From: a virus
Lineage: Duplodnaviria; Caudoviricetes
DNA length: 55,958 nt
Virus record (IMG/VR): IMGVR_UViG_3300014720_000044
Location: 1 to 55,958 of that record
Direction: 5' to 3' (one strand)
Positions 1 to 8,531 of this stretch are shown here, in pieces; the first letter of the stretch is position 1; each line of letters starts with the position of its first letter. Under the pieces are notes generated by a model. The model ran no database searches. It was not told the origin of the DNA and saw only the letters and a list, made by a program, of their open reading frames with translations. A program made the translations under genes and the position numbers.

Positions 1-2
1 CA

Positions 3-1097
3 TCAAATACTTACACAGATGGAAAAGTTGCAGACTTAGTAGATGCAGCACCAGATCTATTAAATACTCTTAATGAGTTGGCTGCAGCAATTGGCGACGA
101 TGCTAATTTTGCTACAACTCTTAGCACATCAGTAGGAACAAAGGTTTCAAAGGCTGGAGATACAATGACTGGACTTCTTGTCCTTTCAGCAGATCCAGCA
201 GCAGACCTTGGTGCAGCAACAAAGCAATATGTTGATGCAGCAGAAGCAGATGCAGTTTCAACTGCCTCAGCAGACGCTACTTCAAAGGCTAACGCAGCAC
301 AGTCAGCAGCAGTGGCAACCGCTTCAGCAGACGCTACTTCAAAGGCTAACGCTGCACAAGCAGCAGCCGAAGCAACCGCTTCAGCAGATGCAACTACAAA
401 GGCTAACGCTGCACAGTCAGCAGCAGTAGCAACCGCTTCAGCAGATGCAACTACAAAGGCTAACGCAGCACAGGCTGCAGCAATTGCACACGCAGATGCA
501 CTTACAACAGCAGATGTAGCAGAAAATACCAATCTTTACTTCACAGATAATCGTGCTAAAGATGCTGCTGGTTACATTCTTGAAAATGCAACTCAATCAA
601 ATGTTGTTATTTCTTATGATGAGATTACTCGTCAATTGACAGTAACAGCAGAAAATGGTGTTGCAGATTCTGATACAGATGATCTTACAGAAGGCACAAC
701 AAATCTATACTTCACAGATGCTCGTGCAGTTACCGCTCTTGAGGCAGTAACTCCAGACTTCCCTGCAGTAGAGATTAATTCAGTAGCAAAGCAAGTAGCA
801 GCAGAAGCATCTGTTCCTACTGCAAGCGAAAATACAGCAGTTTCATGGGCTAAGGCAAACTATCGTTCTGCCGAATTCCTTGTTAAGATTGCTAATGGAT
901 CACACACAGATATATCCAAGGTTATTTTGACACTTGACACTTCAGACAATGTCGCTATCACAGAATACGCAATGGTTGGAACAAATGGCAATCTTGGCAA
1001 TGTTTCAGCAGATGTTTCTGGTAACGATGTTCGTCTTCGTGTTACTACCCTTAACAATAACTCAACAGTTGCTGTTATTGGAACACTTTTGAAGTAA
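3..1097 (+). CDS. Fibre-like virion protein, 5'-truncated
   Basis: Frame is open from base 3 (SNTYTDGKVADLVDAAPDLLNTLNELAAAIGDDANFA), so the 78 start in the ORF track is not the true start. APxxLxTLxELAxA-DDxNF is a typical tail-fibre motif; also AATKQYVD and EGTTNLYFTDARA motifs. Confidence 0.75.
   Translation, partial: SNTYTDGKVADLVDAAPDLLNTLNELAAAIGDDANFATTLSTSVGTKVSKAGDTMTGLLVLSADPAADLGAATKQYVDAAEADAVSTASADATSKANAAQSAAVATASADATSKANAAQAAAEATASADATTKANAAQSAAVATASADATTKANAAQAAAIAHADALTTADVAENTNLYFTDNRAKDAAGYILENATQSNVVISYDEITRQLTVTAENGVADSDTDDLTEGTTNLYFTDARAVTALEAVTPDFPAVEINSVAKQVAAEASVPTASENTAVSWAKANYRSAEFLVKIANGSHTDISKVILTLDTSDNVAITEYAMVGTNGNLGNVSADVSGNDVRLRVTTLNNNSTVAVIGTLLK
261..488 (+). 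repeat. Four tandem 57-nt (19 aa) coding repeats, TASADAT[ST]KANAAQ[SA]AAxA
   Basis: Units start at 261, 318, 375 and 432; Ala-rich, coiled-coil-like. Confidence 0.9.
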
Positions 1098-1128
1098 TAA
1101 AATAAAATATAAAAAGGAGTGATAGATC

Positions 1129-1578
1129 TTGACAACCAATAATAAAGATTTCAAGGTTAAAAACGGTTTAGTCGTTACAGATGGCGGATCGTTTGGCGGT
1201 GCTGTTGTAGTTGGCAATCCAACACTTAGCACACATGCTGCAACCAAAGCCTATGTAGATTCTTTGGGTATGTCTGTCGGATCTATCGCTCCTTCTTCTC
1301 CAGACAATGGAGACCTATGGTTTGACACGGTAACTGAAAGAGTAAATGTATATTATTCTGGTACCTGGGCAACTATAGCAAGCATTGACGATACATTAAA
1401 TATTCCTGATCACATTCACGACACATCAATTGATGGAAATGGCCTAATTGTCACCACATTTGTTGATGCAGGTGCTTCTTATGATCCGCAAGGATCAGGA
1501 CAGGATGCTGGAGACCCAAATACATCATCATGGAATTTAATTTATGATGGTGGGGTTGCAACAGATAATTTTAATTAA
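1129..1578 (+). CDS. Small virion/fibre-associated protein
   Basis: AAGGAG upstream of a TTG start; KDFKVKNGL, AATKAYVD and P-x-x-GDLWFD motifs typical of phage fibre proteins. Confidence 0.65.
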   Translation: MTTNNKDFKVKNGLVVTDGGSFGGAVVVGNPTLSTHAATKAYVDSLGMSVGSIAPSSPDNGDLWFDTVTERVNVYYSGTWATIASIDDTLNIPDHIHDTSIDGNGLIVTTFVDAGASYDPQGSGQDAGDPNTSSWNLIYDGGVATDNFN

Positions 1579-1580
1579 TG

Positions 1581-1589
1581 TGATATAAT
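1581..1589 (+). promoter_or_regulatory. Extended -10 promoter element TGATATAAT
   Basis: TGn-TATAAT in the intergenic gap upstream of 1630; GAGGAG RBS follows. Confidence 0.6.
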
Positions 1590-1629
1590 ATGAAAGAAAA
1601 TGGGCAAAACCCATGAGGAGAGATAAATA

Positions 1630-3660
1630 ATGGCAACAAGAATGCAACAGCGCAGAGGAACTGCAGCAACATGGACTGCTGCTGATCCAATACTTGCAGC
1701 AGGTGAAATCGGTTTTGAAACTGATACAAATAAATTTAAAATTGGCGATGGTAGTAATCGCTGGGTAACTCTTGCCTACTTCGTAGATGGCAACTCGATT
1801 ATCGATGGCGCCCCAGGTCTACTTAATACTCTTAACGAACTCGCTGCAGCCGTTAATGATGATCCTAACTTCTTTGCCACTGTTGCAACTAATTTATCAA
1901 ATCACGAAGCAGATACTACAAATGTACATGGTATTGCAGATACAGCCAATCTTGTTGTAACAAATACAAATCAAACATTAACCAATAAGACAATAAATTT
2001 ATCTAATAACTCTGTCAGTGGCACAGTTGCTCAATTTAATACTGCCCTTTCAGATGGCAATTTTGCTACCTTAGAAGGTACAGAAACATTAAGTAATAAA
2101 ACATTGAGCAGCCCAACAATTATTGTTGGCGCTACCACTGTTTCAGACACAGAAATTTCTTATCTTGATGGTGTAACATCATCGATACAGACTCAGTTAA
2201 ATGCAAAAGCAGGTCTAACTGGGGCTTCCTTTACTGGAACACTTACAAATACAGCGTCAATATCAACTACTGATACTACAGCGTCAACTTCTCCTACAAC
2301 AGGATCTATCGTTGCTGCTGGCGGTATTGGTGTAGGCGGAGACGCACACATAGATGGAGACGTAGTAATTGGCGGTAACTTTACTGTTAATGGTACAACA
2401 ACCACAGTAAGTACACAAGACTTAGTAATACAAGATCCTTTGATTTATGTTGGAGAAAGTAATCCTTCAAATATAGTTGATCTTGGTATTGTTGCTTCAT
2501 TCGATGATGGAACATATCAGCATACTGGTTTTGTTCGTGATTCATCTGCTGGAACATGGAAATTATTTAAGGGCGTAACTGATGAACCAACCTCAACAGT
2601 TAATTTTGCACAAGGCTCTTTAGATGATCTTGCTGTAGGAGGACTATCTGCTACTTCATTAACAGTAGGAGATGTTTCAAATACAGAAATAGGATATCTA
2701 AATGGAGTAACTTCTGCAATACAGACTCAGATCAATGGCAAGATTTCTGCTTCAAGTTCAGATACACTAACTAATAAAACAATAAACATGACAAATAATG
2801 GTTTGTCTGGAACTATAGAACAATTTAATGCAGCGCTATCTGATGAAGATTTTGCTACATTAAGTGGAACAGAAACTTTACAAAACAAAACAATATCTTA
2901 TGCAAATAATACTATAACTGTTCAGGTTACAAATGTTTCTGATCTAACTGCTAACGCATCAGAAATAAATGTATTAGATGGCATAACTGCTTCAACTGCA
3001 GAATTAAATATTTTAGATGGAGTTACTGCAAGTGCTTCAGAAATTAATGTATTAGATGGGGCAACGGTATCAGCAGCAGAACTAAATATTCTAGACGGTG
3101 CTACTGTATCAACTTCAGAAATAAATTATTTAGGTGGAGTCACTTCTTCTGTTCAAACTCAACTAGATTCTAAGTCACCGTCGGCAAGTCCAACATTTAC
3201 AGGAACTGTTGTTCTTCCATCCACAACATCAATCGGTGATGTTTCTTCAGATGAAATATCAGTTCTTAATGGGCTGACAGCATCAACAGCAGAACTAAAT
3301 ACCCTCGACGGATTGACAGCATCAACCGCAGAGTTAAATATTCTAGATGGATTGACAGCATCAACTGCTGATTTAAATATTCTTAATGGTGTAACTGCTT
3401 CTACTTCAGAAATTAATATTCTTGATGGGGTAACTGCATCAACAACAGAAATAAACTATGTTGTTGGAGTAACCTCTGCTATACAAACTCAAATGAATGC
3501 TAAGGCTCCGTTGGCAAGTCCGTCGCTAACTGGTACTCCAACCGCTCCAACTGCTTCACTTGGAACAAATACAACCCAAATTGCAACAACAGCATTTGTT
3601 GATGCTGCAATTGAGGCGCTGGCAAGTAGAAATCTAATACTTGACGGTGGCGGGGTATAA
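1630..3660 (+). CDS. Fibre protein with Mtd_N-like N-terminal domain and 13 aa repeats
   Basis: N-terminus QRRGTAATW...PILAAGEIGFETDTxKFKIGDG resembles the major tropism determinant/hyaluronidase N-terminal domain; also APGLLNTLNELAAA, TxTLTNKT and SPxLTGTPTAPT fibre motifs. Confidence 0.8.
   Translation: MATRMQQRRGTAATWTAADPILAAGEIGFETDTNKFKIGDGSNRWVTLAYFVDGNSIIDGAPGLLNTLNELAAAVNDDPNFFATVATNLSNHEADTTNVHGIADTANLVVTNTNQTLTNKTINLSNNSVSGTVAQFNTALSDGNFATLEGTETLSNKTLSSPTIIVGATTVSDTEISYLDGVTSSIQTQLNAKAGLTGASFTGTLTNTASISTTDTTASTSPTTGSIVAAGGIGVGGDAHIDGDVVIGGNFTVNGTTTTVSTQDLVIQDPLIYVGESNPSNIVDLGIVASFDDGTYQHTGFVRDSSAGTWKLFKGVTDEPTSTVNFAQGSLDDLAVGGLSATSLTVGDVSNTEIGYLNGVTSAIQTQINGKISASSSDTLTNKTINMTNNGLSGTIEQFNAALSDEDFATLSGTETLQNKTISYANNTITVQVTNVSDLTANASEINVLDGITASTAELNILDGVTASASEINVLDGATVSAAELNILDGATVSTSEINYLGGVTSSVQTQLDSKSPSASPTFTGTVVLPSTTSIGDVSSDEISVLNGLTASTAELNTLDGLTASTAELNILDGLTASTADLNILNGVTASTSEINILDGVTASTTEINYVVGVTSAIQTQMNAKAPLASPSLTGTPTAPTASLGTNTTQIATTAFVDAAIEALASRNLILDGGGV
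2962..3486 (+). repeat. 39-nt (13 aa) ELNILDGVTASTA-type repeats in two blocks (5 and 6 units)
   Basis: Blocks 2962..3156 and 3253..3486 read from the translation. Confidence 0.85.
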
Positions 3661-3703
3661 AAATAAGATATAATGTACATAATAGTACTAAGGAGAGATA
3701 AAG

Positions 3704-5212
3704 ATGGCAATTAGAATGCAGCAAAGAAGAGGAACCGCAGCACAGTGGACCTCTGGAAATCCAACATTAGCAGCAGGCGAAATTGGATTTGAAACAGATA
3801 CAGGTAAGTTTAAGGTTGGAAACGGATCATCGACCTGGACTCAACTAAACTACTTCGTAGATGCAAACTCTATACTAGACGGAGCGCCAGGCGCCCTTGA
3901 CACACTTAACGAACTTGCTGCTGCACTTAATGACGATCCTACCTTCTTTACTACTGTTGCAACCAATCTCTCCAACCATGAAGCAGATACCTCAAACGTG
4001 CACGGTATTGCAGATACAACAGTTCTAGTAACACTAAGTGGAACTCAAACTCTAACAGGCAAGACAATTTCTGCAGTAGATAATACTGTAACAATTAATG
4101 CTGCCGATATTACTGATGTCACTGCTTCTGCAGCAGAATTAAACATTTTGGATGGTGTTACAGCCTCTACAGCAGAAATTAATCTTCTTGATGGTGTTAC
4201 AGCAACCACTGCTGAAATTAATACTTTGACAGGAATTACTGCAAGCGTATCAGAACTAAATGTTCTAGACGGAGTTACAGCGTCTACTGCTGAACTAAAT
4301 CTACTAGACGGCGTTACAGCATCCACTGCTGAATTAAATATTCTTGACGGTGTTACCGCAACTGCAGCAGAATTAAATATTCTTGCTGGAGCAACACTTT
4401 CTACTACTGAATTAAATTATGTAGATGGTGTAACCTCTGCAATTCAGACACAATTAAACACATTAGATACAGATAAGGCAGATCTTGCATCACCAACATT
4501 TACTGGTACAACAACAACAGATGATCTTGTTGTGGATGGAGACTTAACTGTAAATGGTACAAACTTTGTAGCAAGTGCAACATCTATCACAATTGAAGAC
4601 AATATTGTTCAATTGGCACATGAAAATGCTGCTAATACAGTAGACCTTGGTATTGTTGTTGGTTATAATGAATCAAGCACAGCAAAACACGCAGGTATTG
4701 TAAGAGATGTTTCTGCTAATAAATGGAAACTTTTTAAAGGTGTGACAACAGAACCTTCTACAACAGTAGATTTTACACAGGGATCTCTTGACGACCTTGA
4801 GTTAGCAAATCTTGCTGCAACAGAAGTTGCTGCTACAACTCTTAAGTATGGAGCAGGCGCACTAAGCGTTGAAACAGAAATTGACAAGAAGACTCCAGAA
4901 CTTTATACATTTACTACAGATGCAACTACAGCAAGAACACTTGCTTTAGGTGATAAGTTTGGATCTCTTAAGTTTACATCTGCAAGCGCAACAACTTTAA
5001 CAGTTCCAGCAAATGCTGATGTAGCATTCCCAACAGGCTCTTATGTTGAACTTTATCAGTTTGGCGCAGGACAGGTAACTGTATCTCCAGCATCTGGTGT
5101 AACAGTCAGATCTACTGACTCTCAGGTTAAACTAAGAACTCAGTACTCTTCAGCGGTTTTGATTAAGGTTGACACCAACGAATGGCTGTTGACTGGTGAC
5201 TTGACTGCTTAA
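3704..5212 (+). CDS. Second fibre protein with Mtd_N-like domain, paralogue of 1630..3660
   Basis: First ~105 aa closely match the 1630 product; same 13 aa repeats and WKLFKGVT-EP...QGSLDDL block; distinct C-terminal domain ending WLLTGDL; AAGGAG RBS. Confidence 0.8.
   Translation: MAIRMQQRRGTAAQWTSGNPTLAAGEIGFETDTGKFKVGNGSSTWTQLNYFVDANSILDGAPGALDTLNELAAALNDDPTFFTTVATNLSNHEADTSNVHGIADTTVLVTLSGTQTLTGKTISAVDNTVTINAADITDVTASAAELNILDGVTASTAEINLLDGVTATTAEINTLTGITASVSELNVLDGVTASTAELNLLDGVTASTAELNILDGVTATAAELNILAGATLSTTELNYVDGVTSAIQTQLNTLDTDKADLASPTFTGTTTTDDLVVDGDLTVNGTNFVASATSITIEDNIVQLAHENAANTVDLGIVVGYNESSTAKHAGIVRDVSANKWKLFKGVTTEPSTTVDFTQGSLDDLELANLAATEVAATTLKYGAGALSVETEIDKKTPELYTFTTDATTARTLALGDKFGSLKFTSASATTLTVPANADVAFPTGSYVELYQFGAGQVTVSPASGVTVRSTDSQVKLRTQYSSAVLIKVDTNEWLLTGDLTA
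4136..4447 (+). repeat. Eight tandem 39-nt (13 aa) ELNxLDGVTASTA repeats
   Basis: Read from the translation of 3704..5212. Confidence 0.85.
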
Positions 5213-5237
5213 AAAAATAAATAAATAAGGAGTAAGA

Positions 5238-7313
5238 ATGTCAAAGAAGATTGCGGGTAAGTCGTTTAAAGTAGTGTCACGCTTAAAGGCTTTGGTTAGT
5301 GTTATTGAAGGTTTTAACAGAGCAAATGCCGCCGACTCCGCAGTTGCTGGATCAGGATTAGGTAAAACTGATTCAGGTGCCACATGGAACGTATTTAGAG
5401 GATCCTGGGGTATTTCAAGCAATAAGGCTTCATCTTCTACATCGCATTCTTCATATCCATTAGCAACACTTAATTTTTCTAAGGAAGATGTAACTATAAC
5501 TGCAAAAGGCGTAGGTCCTGGCGTAGGAACTGCCTTCTGGGTAACAGATTCTGATAACTGGTGGGGAACATATGTAGACACTACAAATGTCTGCTCTGCT
5601 TATGGCACTCAGGCAAATACATACGGCGTTGTAGGTTCAACATGTAATGCATACGGAACTCAAGCAAATACTTACGGTGTTGTAGGATCAACTTGTAATG
5701 CATATGGAACTCAAGTAAATGCCTATGGCGTTGTAGGGTCAACTTGTAATACTTATGGAACAAAGGTTAATGCATATGGAACTGTCTGTAATGCTACTAG
5801 CACAAACTATGCAACTGCAATAGGTACATATGCAACTCAATGTAATGCAACATCAACAAATTATGCAACACAGGCTAATGCTTATGGAACTCAATGTAAC
5901 GCTTATACTTCAAATTACGGATGTGTAACTTACGCAACTCAGCAAGTAGGAAATACCTGTAACTCTTCTAGCCCAAACTATGGATGTAGTACATACGGAA
6001 CTCAGTTAGCAAATTATACCTGTAATGCTTTTAGTACTAACTATGGCACTAAAATAAATGCTTATGGAGCCACAGGAAGTACTTGTAATACATATTCATC
6101 TTCTTCTGGAGCAAACTATTCTTGTAAGACGTTTGCCACCAACTATTCCACATTTTGTGCTGCTTACGGCGGTTTGTCATATTCTTGTAACTCATATAAT
6201 TATACTTCAAGTGCAGGATCATCCTGTCAGGCTTTTTCATCTAGTTCTAATACAAACTATACATGTAACACATATGGAACTGGCTATACATGTAATTCTT
6301 ATAACAGTTTTTATTATAACTGTATAGCATATTCTAAGAACACAAACTGTAACGCTTATGGAAGTAGCAAGAGCACTAACTATAGTTGCAATGCGTATAC
6401 AGCGTTTACAACATATAGCCTAGGAAACTGTAAATCTTTCAGTTCATCTCCTATATGTCAAGCCTATGGAAATAGTGCAAGCACAAATTGTAATGCATAT
6501 TCTTCAAGCGCATTCACTACTTATACTTGTAACGCATATACGACAAACTTTGGTGCTACTGCATGGGGAACTCAAGCAACAGGAAGCACATGTAATTCTT
6601 CTAGTGCAAATTATGGACAGGTCTGTAATGCTTATGCTGTATCTGGTTATACCTGTAACGCTTCAAGTGCCAATTACGGAACTAATTGTAGCGCCAATGG
6701 TGTAGTAGGAAGTACATGTAACGCTTATGGAACAAAGGTTAATGCTTATGGAACTATAATTGCTGGATATACATGCAATACATTTGGAACTGTGGTTGCT
6801 AATTATGTAACAAATGTTGCTGGATATACATGTAACACATATGGCACACAGGCTAATGCTTATGGAACTCAATGTAACGCTTATACTTCAAATTACGGAG
6901 CAACTACATATGGAAATGTATGCAATACTTATACATCAAACTATGGACCTACTGCATATGGATATGTCTGCAATACTTATACATCAAACTATGGACCTAC
7001 TGCATACGGATATGTATGTAACACATATGCCAATAGCGACAGCGTTAAGGTTATAAAGAGTATTGCAGGAACAGTAAATACTGTTGCAAACTTCTCCTTT
7101 AATGCAGCGGTTCAGGCAGTAAAAACAATACTATCAGGAAATACAATCACTGTTCGTGGATATTCTAATGCAAATGCAACCACTCAAATTGGGTCAGATC
7201 AGTCTACCTCGTCTACTGGAGCCACAAAGGCCAAGAGTCATGGTATACTTAAAGGAGCAGTAACTTATAGCCCTGCTGCTACCAACGTAATTGACCAGTT
7301 TGAGGTGGAATAG
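5238..7313 (+). CDS. Cys/Tyr/Thr/Asn-rich repeat protein; probable fibre or adhesin with a mirror-symmetric Cys ladder
   Basis: AAGGAG RBS; 36 Cys confined to residues 119-594 in C-N-[AT]-Y-type repeats, flanked by Cys-free beta-rich N- and C-terminal parts. Function inferred from position in the fibre cluster. Confidence 0.8.
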   Translation: MSKKIAGKSFKVVSRLKALVSVIEGFNRANAADSAVAGSGLGKTDSGATWNVFRGSWGISSNKASSSTSHSSYPLATLNFSKEDVTITAKGVGPGVGTAFWVTDSDNWWGTYVDTTNVCSAYGTQANTYGVVGSTCNAYGTQANTYGVVGSTCNAYGTQVNAYGVVGSTCNTYGTKVNAYGTVCNATSTNYATAIGTYATQCNATSTNYATQANAYGTQCNAYTSNYGCVTYATQQVGNTCNSSSPNYGCSTYGTQLANYTCNAFSTNYGTKINAYGATGSTCNTYSSSSGANYSCKTFATNYSTFCAAYGGLSYSCNSYNYTSSAGSSCQAFSSSSNTNYTCNTYGTGYTCNSYNSFYYNCIAYSKNTNCNAYGSSKSTNYSCNAYTAFTTYSLGNCKSFSSSPICQAYGNSASTNCNAYSSSAFTTYTCNAYTTNFGATAWGTQATGSTCNSSSANYGQVCNAYAVSGYTCNASSANYGTNCSANGVVGSTCNAYGTKVNAYGTIIAGYTCNTFGTVVANYVTNVAGYTCNTYGTQANAYGTQCNAYTSNYGATTYGNVCNTYTSNYGPTAYGYVCNTYTSNYGPTAYGYVCNTYANSDSVKVIKSIAGTVNTVANFSFNAAVQAVKTILSGNTITVRGYSNANATTQIGSDQSTSSTGATKAKSHGILKGAVTYSPAATNVIDQFEVE

Positions 7314-7768
7314 TGAGTGATTATAAAGATAAAAGTCTCAAAGATTTTGAGAAAGAGTTTAAATCAGAAAAGCGTTATCGCTATTTATCAAAAATAAAAA
7401 ATGCAATAAATATTTTCCCACCATCTGTACCAAAAAATAATAAAGTAATGGATGGCCCAGATATCTCTAGTATTACTGAGCATATTGCATTTGTAATAGA
7501 TGATGAGATTGTTGAAATTATGCATTGCCAGCCAAAGTTGGCAGCAATTCTTTTGAGCAGTCCAACTATTGTAAAAATAGAAGATGGCAAATTTGCTAAA
7601 CCAGGATGGCAATATAAAGATGGAAAAATAATAAACCCTGCTGGCCAAGAGTCTGAAAATGTGCAACAACAAGAAAGAGATTATTTGCCAACATTTAAAG
7701 AATATTTATTAAATCAAGGAAGTCCAAAACTTTTAACATTTAAAGAATATATAGAAAGTATGAAATAA
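7313..7768 (+). CDS. Hypothetical protein
   Basis: GTG start overlaps the upstream stop, GAGGTG upstream; core IAFVIDDEIV...LAAILLSSP...GWQY. Confidence 0.7.
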   Translation: MSDYKDKSLKDFEKEFKSEKRYRYLSKIKNAINIFPPSVPKNNKVMDGPDISSITEHIAFVIDDEIVEIMHCQPKLAAILLSSPTIVKIEDGKFAKPGWQYKDGKIINPAGQESENVQQQERDYLPTFKEYLLNQGSPKLLTFKEYIESMK

Positions 7769-7769
7769 C

Positions 7770-8531
7770 ATGAAAAGAATATCATTTAATTTACGTCCTG
7801 AAGACAGTATTCTAGATATCCTGCCACCTGAGCCAGGAACTCAGTTTATTCCACAATGGTACAGAGATGGTGAAAAGTATATAGATAGAGAAACTGGTTT
7901 AAAAAATCCCAAAGATCCCTCAAAAAGAGCAGGGGGTATGAAGTCCTGCGTTCCATTTCTCGATGCTATGATTTCTGGATATATACAACAACTATCTGTT
8001 GCTATTAGAATAACCAAGAATAACGGAACAGATCCTGTTGAATGGGAATATGTAGAAAAAGACAAAGACGGAAATTATAATAATCTTAATATAGAGTTTG
8101 GCATTATTAATGAAAGAGATGGAGATTTAGGAGAAACAATTCCTAGACCTTTTGGATATTCTCATAATCATTTGGCATTTACTGGTAAGTGGGGATGGCA
8201 AGTTCCTAAAGGATGGAGCGTTTTGGTTACTCACCCATTAAACAGATTTGATTTACCCTTTACAACAATGAGCGGAATAATGGAAAGTGACAAGTTTATG
8301 TCTGCTGGTAATGTACCATTTTTCATTCAAAAAGATTTTACTGGTGTAATAGAAAAGGGCACTCCTTTATTTCAGATAATTCCAATAAAAAGGGCAAAAT
8401 GGCTTGGATATGTAAAAAGAAAAATAGTTGATGAAAAGGGCTTATTCTTTTCTAATAATGCAAGAGCAGTTCCTTATGGATTTTATAGAGACAAGATGTG
8501 GGAGAAAAAAGTATATGATATGGAAAAATAA
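7770..8531 (+). CDS. Uncharacterised protein, possibly dUTPase-like fold (DUF6065-like)
   Basis: Motifs PQWYR, KSCVPFLDAMISGY, THPLNRFDLPF, GIMESD, IEKGTPLFQIIP; family label is tentative. Confidence 0.65.
   Translation: MKRISFNLRPEDSILDILPPEPGTQFIPQWYRDGEKYIDRETGLKNPKDPSKRAGGMKSCVPFLDAMISGYIQQLSVAIRITKNNGTDPVEWEYVEKDKDGNYNNLNIEFGIINERDGDLGETIPRPFGYSHNHLAFTGKWGWQVPKGWSVLVTHPLNRFDLPFTTMSGIMESDKFMSAGNVPFFIQKDFTGVIEKGTPLFQIIPIKRAKWLGYVKRKIVDEKGLFFSNNARAVPYGFYRDKMWEKKVYDMEK

Noticed and set aside
5592-7019. Ice-nucleation or antifreeze protein (AYGTQ/GST resemble AGYGST; Cys/Thr repeats)
   Set aside because: No fixed 16- or 12-residue period and no regular TxT array; the spacing is irregular but mirror-symmetric, which fits a hairpin rather than a solenoid.
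1630-7313. Diversity-generating retroelement suggested by Mtd_N-like domains and repeats
   Set aside because: No reverse transcriptase in the window and no repeat pair with adenine-specific mismatches; Mtd_N is only the attachment domain.
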